This document shows positions 56,865-64,000 of a stretch of 64,000 nt of DNA, in pieces. Each line of letters opens with the position of its first letter. Position 1 is the first letter of the stretch. The translations under genes were made by a program, and so were the position numbers. Below the pieces are notes generated by a model. That model searched no databases, was not told the origin of the DNA, and saw nothing but the letters and a program-made list of their open reading frames with translations. This stretch comes from an uncultured Armatimonadetes bacterium (lineage in GTDB: Bacteria > Armatimonadota > Hebobacteria > Hebobacterales > Hebobacteraceae), in assembly GCA_963716175.1 (NCBI GenBank), contig OY970296.1:3232001-3296000 (forward strand). Direction: 5' to 3'.

Positions 56865-58619
56865 TCAACGCGACTTGGGCGGAGCCTGCGGAGGCGCGGA
56901 CGCCGGTCCCTGTGGCGGAGCCTGCGGGGCGGCCCGCGAGGGCCCTCTTGGCGGGGCCTGGGGTGCAGCCGGCTTGCCCGCCGGTGGTGCGGTGGGCTTG
57001 CCTGCCGGTTGGGTGGCGGGCTGCTGCTTCGCCGCCTCCGCCGCCCGCTGCTCGGCCATCGCTTTCTGCTTCTCCGCCTGCGCCTTCTGATAGTCCGTCA
57101 GCCACTCCTGCTCTTTCTGCACCAGGTCCGTCTTGCCCAGCCGCTGGTAAATGGAGGCCAGCTCCCGGTGGACGGTTGGCGTGTCACTCCAGTTGCTCGC
57201 CTCCTGGTACCAGGATAATGCCTCCTCTGGTTTGCCCACATGTTCCGTGGCCTGGCCCAGGCCCAGCAGGGCCTCGGCCCGGGCATCGGGCAGTGCCAGC
57301 TTCTGGTCTTGGGAGACCGCGTCCACGGCCGCGCTATAGTTATCAGCCGCTTCCTTCCATTGGTTGCCCGCCGCTTGCAGCTTGGCCAGGTCGTAGTAGA
57401 TAGCCGCCCCCAGCACCCCCCTCGGGCGACCTGCTTCCGCGGCCGCCTTGCCCAGCTCCGCTGCCGCCTCCTTCTCCTTGCCCTGCTGCATGTCCCGATA
57501 GGCCAGCACCTCGGGCGCCTTGATCTCCACCTTTGCCTGCGCGCCCAGTCTGGCAGTGTACCCCTGCCAGACCTGTTGCTGCTGCCTCTGTGCCAGGCTC
57601 GCCAGCAGTTGCTGCTTGTTCTTCTCGAAGTCCTTCGGCAGCTCGCGCTTCCGGTCGTCGAGCCGATACACGTAGTAACCGGCCGCCGCCTTGAACGGTT
57701 TGCTGATCTCGTCTGGCTTGAGCGCGGCTATCACCTTCTGCAGCTCGGGCGGAAAGGCGGTCATCGCGGTCCACGGTTGGCCACCCGCCGGCTGCTTTCG
57801 CGGGCCATCCGATTCGGTCTGTACCAGGCTGTCGAAGCTGGTCCCTTGCTCGAGTTTGGCCAGCAGGTCCTCGATGCGCTTGCGCGCCTGCTCGTCGGTG
57901 CGAGTGGTCCCTCCCTTGGGATGGAGCAGGACCACGAGCTGAGTGTAGCGCACCCGGTCATAGGAGGTGAGCAGATCCTGCTCGCTCGGTGTCGCCGCTC
58001 CCGCTAGCTTTCGCTGCAGCTTTCCTACCGTCAGCTCCTCCTTCAGCTCGCCGCTGTCCTGCTTCAGGAGGCGGTTCACCATCCACTTGCGGAACGCGCC
58101 CTCGCTCATGCTCCGGGCGGCCTGCTTGCCCTCGGTCTGGGCCACGATCCGGCCTAGCGCCTCCCCCAGCTGGTCCCCCTTGTACCGCGCCCGGAGCTGC
58201 TCCAGCTGCTGGTCAGCGATCTTCTCGGCCTGCTGCGCCACCTCCCGGCCCGACACCGCGATCTTGTCGGCCACCGCCTGTGCCAGCAGCACTTGGTCCA
58301 GCACCGCCTGGTCGAAGGCCTGGAGCCAGAAGCGCCCGATCTGATCCAGGCCCACCGTCTGCCCGATGGAGGCGTAGATGGGCACGATCTGGCCCATCAT
58401 CTGATCGAAGCGCCGATCCACCCGGGCCCGCGGCAGAGGCCGGCCGTTCACCACCGCCACGATGTCCTGCGCGCCCACCTCCGCCTCTTGCTCCGGGCCA
58501 TGAGGCCTCAGCCCGGGGGTGAAGACAAAGGGCAGGCCGATGATGAAGACGCCGATGATGACGTACAGCACGTATCGGAGGTGCACGGCGAAGCGTCGCC
58601 TCATCCCCTGAATGGACAT
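56865..58619 (-). CDS. SurA/PpiD-like chaperone-PPIase with TPR repeats
   Basis: N-terminal TM, VAVVNG SurA_N, parvulin-like (F..L...ESD..., EISKPF...GYYV), TPR helices, Pro-rich tail. Confidence 0.78.
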   Translation of the reverse strand: MSIQGMRRRFAVHLRYVLYVIIGVFIIGLPFVFTPGLRPHGPEQEAEVGAQDIVAVVNGRPLPRARVDRRFDQMMGQIVPIYASIGQTVGLDQIGRFWLQAFDQAVLDQVLLAQAVADKIAVSGREVAQQAEKIADQQLEQLRARYKGDQLGEALGRIVAQTEGKQAARSMSEGAFRKWMVNRLLKQDSGELKEELTVGKLQRKLAGAATPSEQDLLTSYDRVRYTQLVVLLHPKGGTTRTDEQARKRIEDLLAKLEQGTSFDSLVQTESDGPRKQPAGGQPWTAMTAFPPELQKVIAALKPDEISKPFKAAAGYYVYRLDDRKRELPKDFEKNKQQLLASLAQRQQQQVWQGYTARLGAQAKVEIKAPEVLAYRDMQQGKEKEAAAELGKAAAEAGRPRGVLGAAIYYDLAKLQAAGNQWKEAADNYSAAVDAVSQDQKLALPDARAEALLGLGQATEHVGKPEEALSWYQEASNWSDTPTVHRELASIYQRLGKTDLVQKEQEWLTDYQKAQAEKQKAMAEQRAAEAAKQQPATQPAGKPTAPPAGKPAAPQAPPRGPSRAAPQAPPQGPASAPPQAPPKSR

Positions 58620-58757
58620 GCCGGAACTACCTTTCCTTCCTGGTATTGCTCACCGCGGGGCCAGCGCCGCGCGCGGCCGCGCATCCCACCCCGCCCGCGA
58701 CCAAAGGACCGCCCGCGGCGGATCCGCCCGCGGGCCTGGTGGGGGAATCGCCGTCCG

Positions 58758-59222
58758 TCACTCCTTCGCCGCCGCCTCCGGCGCCGCGCTCATGCGCTCC
58801 CGCGCCGCGCGCACCGCCGCCAGCACCCTGGTCACGTACTCCTCGAGATTGGCCAGCGCCCGGGTGGCGTAGTCCTCCGCGCCCCGCCGGATCTCGGTCG
58901 CTTCGCTGGTAGCGCGCTCGATGATCTCCTCCGCTCGCTCCGTGCCGCGCCTCACTACTTCGTCATTGGACACCAGCAGCGCGGCCTGTTCGCGCGCCTC
59001 CTCCAGCAGCCGGTCGCGCTCCGCCTCCGCGCTCTCCAGGATGCGCTGCCTCTCCTGCACCACGCGGGCAGCGGTCTTGATCTCCTCCGGCAGGGCCGAG
59101 CGGATCCGGTTGACCTGGGTGAAGAAGCGGTCCAGATCGAACCCCCAAGCTCGGTGCAAGACCTGCGGCCGATGCTCCTCGCCCATCCGCTCCAGTTCTT
59201 CCAGCCGCTTCAGGATCTCTAT
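58758..59222 (-). CDS. SepIVA/DivIVA-like coiled-coil protein; apparent ATA start
   Basis: [10 protein letters not shown]...[15 protein letters not shown]...; typical position after coaD; RBS GAAAGGAGG precedes ATA. Confidence 0.72.
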   Translation of the reverse strand: MEILKRLEELERMGEEHRPQVLHRAWGFDLDRFFTQVNRIRSALPEEIKTAARVVQERQRILESAEAERDRLLEEAREQAALLVSNDEVVRRGTERAEEIIERATSEATEIRRGAEDYATRALANLEEYVTRVLAAVRAARERMSAAPEAAAKE

Positions 59223-59756
59223 GGGGATCCCTCCTTTCCCACCATCCGAGGCTTGTCCGCCGGCCGTGTGGCGGACTTGCCTGCCAGCCGCTGCTTCAGC
59301 AAACGCTCCACGTGAGGGGGCACGAACTGCGACACTGTTCCTCCGAAGAACGCCAGATCGCAGACGATGCTCGAGCTCAGGTAATGCCACTCCGGCGCGG
59401 GCGTGAAAAACACCGTCTCCACCTCCGGCGCCAGCGTCCGGTTGGTGGAGGCCATCTGCAGCTCGAACTCGAAGTCGGACACCGCCCGCAGGCCCCGCAC
59501 GATCACCCCCGCGCCGGCCTTGCGCGGCGAACTCCACCACCAGGCCCGGCACCACCGCCACTTCCACATTCGACATGCCGACACAGGCCTGCCGGAGCAT
59601 GTCCACCCGCTCCTCGGTGGTGAACAAGGCTGCCTTTCTGGGGTTCACCGACACACCCACGATCACCTTGTCGAACAGCGCCGCCGCGCGCCGCACCACA
59701 TCCAGGTGACCATACGTCACCGGGTCGAATGTGCCTGCATACAGGGCCGTGACCAA
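59219..59756 (-). CDS. coaD: Phosphopantetheine adenylyltransferase, apparent frameshift at ~59526
   Basis: [15 protein letters not shown] in one frame; [18 protein letters not shown]...LSSSIV in ORF 59219..59584. Confidence 0.92.
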
Positions 59757-59772
59757 CCGCTTCCCTCCGTCC

Positions 59773-60339
59773 CTATCCCGCCTCGGGAGGGCGTTGATAG
59801 AGGTCAAGTATAGTTTCTCCAAATCGCGCCTGTCTCATTCTCGAAAAGGGGCCAATCTGCTCCCCCAGCTCCTCCCGGCGGGAATGCTGGCAGATGACCA
59901 ACCCGTCGGGCGCCACCAGCCCAGCGCGGTCGGCCAGCGCCTGCATCGCCGCCGGCGCCTCGCCAACGCCGTAGGGCGGGTCCAGGAACACCAGGTCGAA
60001 GCCCGCGCCCTCTCGCTCCAACCGCGCCAGCGCTCGCGCCACCGGCGCCGACAGCACTCGTGCCCGCGCCGCCAGGCCGCAGAGCACCGCGTTTCCCTCG
60101 ATCACTCGTGCCGCTGGCCGGTGGTGCTCCACGAACACGGTCCGGGCCGCGCCCCGGCTCAGCGCCTCCAGGCCTACCGCTCCCGCGCCCGCGTAGAGGT
60201 CCAGAAACCGCGCCCCCTCCACTCGCGCCCCCAGTATGTCGAACAAGGCCTCCCGCACCCGGTCGGCCGTGGGCCGCAGGGCCCGGCCCCGGAGCGAGCG
60301 CAACTGCCGTCCCTTCGCCGCGCCGGCGATGATGCGCAT
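59773..60339 (-). CDS. rsmD: 16S rRNA m2G966 methyltransferase
   Basis: [43 protein letters not shown]. Confidence 0.95.
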   Translation of the reverse strand: MRIIAGAAKGRQLRSLRGRALRPTADRVREALFDILGARVEGARFLDLYAGAGAVGLEALSRGAARTVFVEHHRPAARVIEGNAVLCGLAARARVLSAPVARALARLEREGAGFDLVFLDPPYGVGEAPAAMQALADRAGLVAPDGLVICQHSRREELGEQIGPFSRMRQARFGETILDLYQRPPEAG

Positions 60340-60341
60340 GG

Positions 60342-62864
60342 CTAGCCCGCGGCCCTGTCCATACGCGCCCGCAGCGCAGACACCTGCTCTCGCAATGTGG
60401 CGTGCTCGCTGGCGGCCAGCTCCGGGTCTTGGTCCACCAGCCAGCAGGCCGCCTCCCGCGCCTCCTCCAGCACCCCCATCTCCCGCGCCATTCGCGCCAG
60501 CCGCAGGTCGGGCAGCCCGTGCTGTCTGGTCCCATAGAACTCGCCCGGCCCCCGCAGCAGCAGATCCTCCTCCGCGATCTTGAAACCATCCGACTCTGCG
60601 AGCATCACTTGCAGGCGCCGGCGCGCGGCTTGCAGGGATTCGTCTCCCTGAGGCGTGATCCGCCCTCCGGGATCGTGTCTCCGGTCGGACAGCAGCAGGC
60701 AATGCGACTCGTGCGCCCCTCGCCCCACCCGGCCCCGCAGTTGGTGGAGCTGTGCCAGCCCGAAGCGCTCCGCATTCAGCACCAGCATCACCGTGGCATT
60801 GGGCACATCCACCCCCACCTCGATCACCGTGGTCGTGGTCAGCACGTCAACCTCACCGGCCCGGAAGGCCTCCATCGCCGCGTCCTTCTCCGCCACCTTC
60901 ATCGCCCCATGCAGCAAGCCCACGCGCAGCTCAGGGAATACCTCCCGCGCCAGCTCCTCCGACAGCTTCGTCGCCGCCTCCGCCTGGAGCTTCTCCGACT
61001 CCTCGATCAGGGGGCAGACCACATAGGCCTGTCGCCCCTCGCTGACCTCGCGGCGCACGAACTCGTAGGCCTCTTTCTGCCGGGCCGACGGGAACCACGC
61101 GGTCTTGATCGTCTGTCTCCCGGGGGGCATCTCATCCAGCACCGACAGCTCGAGGTCGCCGTAGAGAGTCAGCGCCAGAGTGCGGGGGATGGGAGTCGCG
61201 GTCATCACCAGGGTGTCAGCCCGGCCTCCTTTCGTGCGCAGTTCCGCCCGCTGCCTCACCCCGAAGCGGTGCTGCTCATCTATGATCACCAGCCCGAGCT
61301 GATGGAACTCCACCCCCTCCTGGATCAGGGCCTGGGTCCCCACTACGACCTGCGCCCGGCCGTCGGCGATCCGGCGCTTGGATTGCTCCCGATCCTGGCC
61401 CCGGAGGGAGCCGGTGAGCAGCTCGACCCTCACCCCGACCGGCTCCAGCAGCCGGGACAGCACCAGGTAGTGCTGCTCGGCCAGCAGCTCGGTGGGGGCC
61501 ATGATCGCCCCCTGATAGCCGTTCTGGAGCGCGATCATGAGGGCGGCCGCGGCCACCACTGTCTTCCCCGAACCCACGTCCCCCTGCAGCAGGCGGCACA
61601 TCGGCAGATCGCAGGCCATGTCGGCCGCCACCTCGGAGATCACGCGCTGCTGGGCGCGGGTAAGAGAGAAGGGGAGCACCTCCTCCATCGCCGCCACCAC
61701 ATCACCTCGGGGCGGCATGGAGAGGCCGCTGCCGGGCTGCTGCCGCTCTCGCTTGCGCTGCGCCAGGGCCACCTGCAGGGTCAGCAGCTCCTCGAAGGCG
61801 AGCCGGCGCGTCGCCGCTTCCTTGCTCCGCGCGGACGAAGGCAGGTGGATCTCGCGCAGCGCGTGGGTGAGCGGCAGCAGGTCGTGCCGCTGTCGCAGCC
61901 CGGCCGGCAGCGGGTCCGGCAAGTCGTCCGGTAGTTCGGCCAGCAGCCGCCGCACAACCGGCCGCACTTGCCCTTGGTAGACGCCATCGGTGAGCGGGTA
62001 GAGCGGCACCAGCCTCCCCGGTTCCAGGGCGGGCATGCTCAGGTCTGCCTCCACTCGCTCCGATCCACTGTACTGAATCTCGATCAGCCGGCCCGCCCGC
62101 CGCACCAGCCCCTCGATCAGCAGCCGCGTGCCCGGCGCGAAGTTCAGGGAGAGAGGAGAGCCCGCGATCGCCATGGCGCGGGGCCCCCTGCGGGGAACCC
62201 GCGCGAATGAGGTCACCCAGGCGCGCCCGCTGCTGTCTGCCACCTCCAAGGCGTAGCGCATCAGCCGAAACCCGCGCCCCTCTCGCGCCACCGCCTCCTC
62301 TCGCGCCACCGCCTCGGCCACTACCGCGGCGCGCTCCCCGTCAACCAGGTCGGCGATGCACCGCAGTGGCAGGTAGTCCCGCGGGAAGTGGTACAGCAGA
62401 TCGCGATTGGTCTCGATTCCCAGCTTGGCCAGCCGCTTCACCCATTGTGGCGGCGATTTCCGCCCGGCGGCCAACGGCTCCTGTAGGGCGGGCATTCCCA
62501 TGCCCGCCGGTTCTGTAGGGCGGCCATTCCGGAGTCTGCCCTGAGCGAAGGCGAAGGGCCCGCCGGCAGTTCGTCGTGCCCTGGAACCATCTAGCTGCGC
62601 CAGCAATCCCAGCGCGCCCTCGACCCGCGCCTTCCTCTGCTCGGCGTCACTGCGGGCATAGTCCGCCAGCGTCTCGCAGATCCCGCGGCAGCACTTCCGC
62701 GCCACCTCCGTCTCCACCAGGGCCAGCGCGCGCTCGGCCCAGCGGCGCGCGTACTCCGCGATGCTTACCCCGATCACCGCGGTGTCGCGGTAGCCCTTCC
62801 GCGCCTCGGCCTGCAATGGGCCGGCCAGGGCGCGCACGATCTCCTTGAGGTCGTCGGCCGCCAT
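60342..62864 (-). CDS. recG: ATP-dependent DNA helicase RecG
   Basis: LLYHFPRDY, QGDVGSGKT, DEQHRFG, MTATPIPRTL, QLHQLRGRVGR, RGPGEFYGTRQHG. Confidence 0.96.
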   Translation of the reverse strand: MAADDLKEIVRALAGPLQAEARKGYRDTAVIGVSIAEYARRWAERALALVETEVARKCCRGICETLADYARSDAEQRKARVEGALGLLAQLDGSRARRTAGGPFAFAQGRLRNGRPTEPAGMGMPALQEPLAAGRKSPPQWVKRLAKLGIETNRDLLYHFPRDYLPLRCIADLVDGERAAVVAEAVAREEAVAREGRGFRLMRYALEVADSSGRAWVTSFARVPRRGPRAMAIAGSPLSLNFAPGTRLLIEGLVRRAGRLIEIQYSGSERVEADLSMPALEPGRLVPLYPLTDGVYQGQVRPVVRRLLAELPDDLPDPLPAGLRQRHDLLPLTHALREIHLPSSARSKEAATRRLAFEELLTLQVALAQRKRERQQPGSGLSMPPRGDVVAAMEEVLPFSLTRAQQRVISEVAADMACDLPMCRLLQGDVGSGKTVVAAAALMIALQNGYQGAIMAPTELLAEQHYLVLSRLLEPVGVRVELLTGSLRGQDREQSKRRIADGRAQVVVGTQALIQEGVEFHQLGLVIIDEQHRFGVRQRAELRTKGGRADTLVMTATPIPRTLALTLYGDLELSVLDEMPPGRQTIKTAWFPSARQKEAYEFVRREVSEGRQAYVVCPLIEESEKLQAEAATKLSEELAREVFPELRVGLLHGAMKVAEKDAAMEAFRAGEVDVLTTTTVIEVGVDVPNATVMLVLNAERFGLAQLHQLRGRVGRGAHESHCLLLSDRRHDPGGRITPQGDESLQAARRRLQVMLAESDGFKIAEEDLLLRGPGEFYGTRQHGLPDLRLARMAREMGVLEEAREAACWLVDQDPELAASEHATLREQVSALRARMDRAAG
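62482..62569 (+). repeat. Tandem REP cluster with nested element, inside recG coding region
   Basis: GTAGGGCGGGCATTCCCATGCCCGCC-GGTTCT-GTAGGGCGGCCATTCCGGAGTCTG-CCCTGAGCGAAGGCGAAGGG-CCCGCCGGC. Confidence 0.88.
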
Positions 62865-62922
62865 GGGACCAATGTTACAGGAGGATGAGGACGAGGACAA
62901 CCGGCCCAGCGCTCCGCCAAGT

Positions 62923-62983
62923 GTAGGGCGGGCACTCCCGTGCCCGCCGGCCGTCTCGCGGGCGCAATGAACTGCGCCCCTAC
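62923..62983. repeat. Two facing GTAG-type REPs
   Basis: + GTAGGGCGGGCACTCCCGTGCCCGCC at 62923; - GTAGGGGCGCAGTTCATTGCGCCC from 62983. Confidence 0.82.
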
Positions 62984-64000
62984 GTCTTCGGGTTCAGCAC
63001 CCGCCCCACGAACAGCACTGTGCCTGTCCCGCGGTCTCGGATCAGGAAGATGAAGGGGCGGTCCACGGTGAACTCGACAATCCGGCTCGGGGCGGCTGCT
63101 CCTCCCGCCATGGCGATGGCAGTAGCGGCGGCCGCCTGCGTGCCCTCCTCGTTGACTCGCACCAGGGCCTTGTGCAGCACATTGGTGATCCGTAGCTTGC
63201 CGTCCATGCCCGAGAAATCCGCGGCGCCAGTAAAGGCGTCGTACATGCCCAGGGCCGCCAGGGTCTTGTTCAGCCAGAACGGCGACTCGTACTCGAACTT
63301 GGGCATGGTGAGCGCGACCCGGGTGGTGGCGAACGGCGGCAGGCCCTTGAGGATCTTCTTCACCCGGTCGGCGCTCAGGGTGGCGTCGAAGCTCTCGAAG
63401 CGGCCGGGTCGGGGCAGGAGGACGACCATGGAAAGCTCCTGGTCGCTATAGGGAAGCTCAACCGCCTGGTAGCCGTCGCCCTCGGTGTAGCCGAACTCCT
63501 CGGTCTGGCGCATCATCTCGACGCCGACCTTCTTCCCGTCGAGCAGAGTGAACTCCCCGGGGCAGTTCATGCGGGGGTTGAACCGGTGCAGCCAGGCGGC
63601 GTCGAAGTAGATGGCATTGGTGAGGATGAGCATAGTCTGGCCCGGGATAATCAGGCCCGGCGGGATGAGGTCCTGGATCTTGAGATTAGTCTGGTTGGCG
63701 ACCCAGTCGTTGATCGCCGCCCGGGCCGGCTCGGGATCCCCGAAGTTCACTAGCCTCATCCCCGCGCCGTAGTCGCGCGCCAGGAGGTCGAGGTAAGTGG
63801 GCAGGAAGTGGTAGCCTTGCTGGCCCCAGAGCGCGTTGGCCACGGTCAGCCGGAAGGGCTCGCCCCGCGTGCCGGCCGCCCGCCGGCCGCGCTGGGCCAG
63901 CGTCAGGTCGAGCGCGTCGAAGGCGGGATGCAGCTTCGCCTGGGGCAGCTTGAAGTGCAGCGCCTTCGCCATCTGCCGCTCGGTCTCGCCACGGGCGCCG
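62980..64000 (-). CDS. Serpin family protein (5' partial)
   Basis: ANALW, INDWV..T..KI, NAIYF..W...F, EEGTQAAAAT hinge, DRPFIFLIRD..TGTVLFVGRV.NP. Confidence 0.95.
   Translation of the reverse strand, partial: GARGETERQMAKALHFKLPQAKLHPAFDALDLTLAQRGRRAAGTRGEPFRLTVANALWGQQGYHFLPTYLDLLARDYGAGMRLVNFGDPEPARAAINDWVANQTNLKIQDLIPPGLIIPGQTMLILTNAIYFDAAWLHRFNPRMNCPGEFTLLDGKKVGVEMMRQTEEFGYTEGDGYQAVELPYSDQELSMVVLLPRPGRFESFDATLSADRVKKILKGLPPFATTRVALTMPKFEYESPFWLNKTLAALGMYDAFTGAADFSGMDGKLRITNVLHKALVRVNEEGTQAAAATAIAMAGGAAAPSRIVEFTVDRPFIFLIRDRGTGTVLFVGRVLNPKT

Noticed and set aside
58758-59822. 354-aa CoaD-coiled-coil fusion
   Set aside because: Artefact of the coaD frameshift; two separate genes

Overview
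GC-rich bacterial window. Gene content suggests Armatimonadota or a similar diderm lineage, but this is inference only. Left part: a partial secreted protein, a hexapeptide acetyltransferase, tRNA-Asn, a non-pyrrolysine MttB-family methyltransferase, a radical SAM/SPASM plus B12-radical SAM pair, two tandem DUF6785-like membrane paralogs, a GT-C-like protein and an AIR-synthase-family gene. Next is a type II secretion operon (gspE-F-G-H-I-J-K-L-M-C-D), then housekeeping genes (pepA, htrA, nadB, argA-like, aroQ, Xaa-Pro peptidase). An ~17.6 kb type IVa pilus locus follows: repeat membrane protein, mglA, DUF4388, pilMNOPQ, pilB, pilT, pilC, sigma factor, pilin, collapsed minor-pilin remnant, HD-GYP and a second PilT. 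The right end holds pknB, a polyferredoxin/DUF362 pair, a surA-like gene, sepIVA-like, coaD, rsmD, recG and a serpin. The best candidate for a new system is a SigB/F-type sigma factor fused to a catalytically dead GGDEF domain that keeps its RxxD c-di-GMP I-site. It lies inside the pilus locus with an HD-GYP phosphodiesterase, an MshEN-fused PilT and a shared upstream motif. Also notable: GTAG-REP palindromes supply four stop codons and one cluster sits in-frame inside recG. Six single-base frameshifts, including one in coaD, look like sequencing errors.
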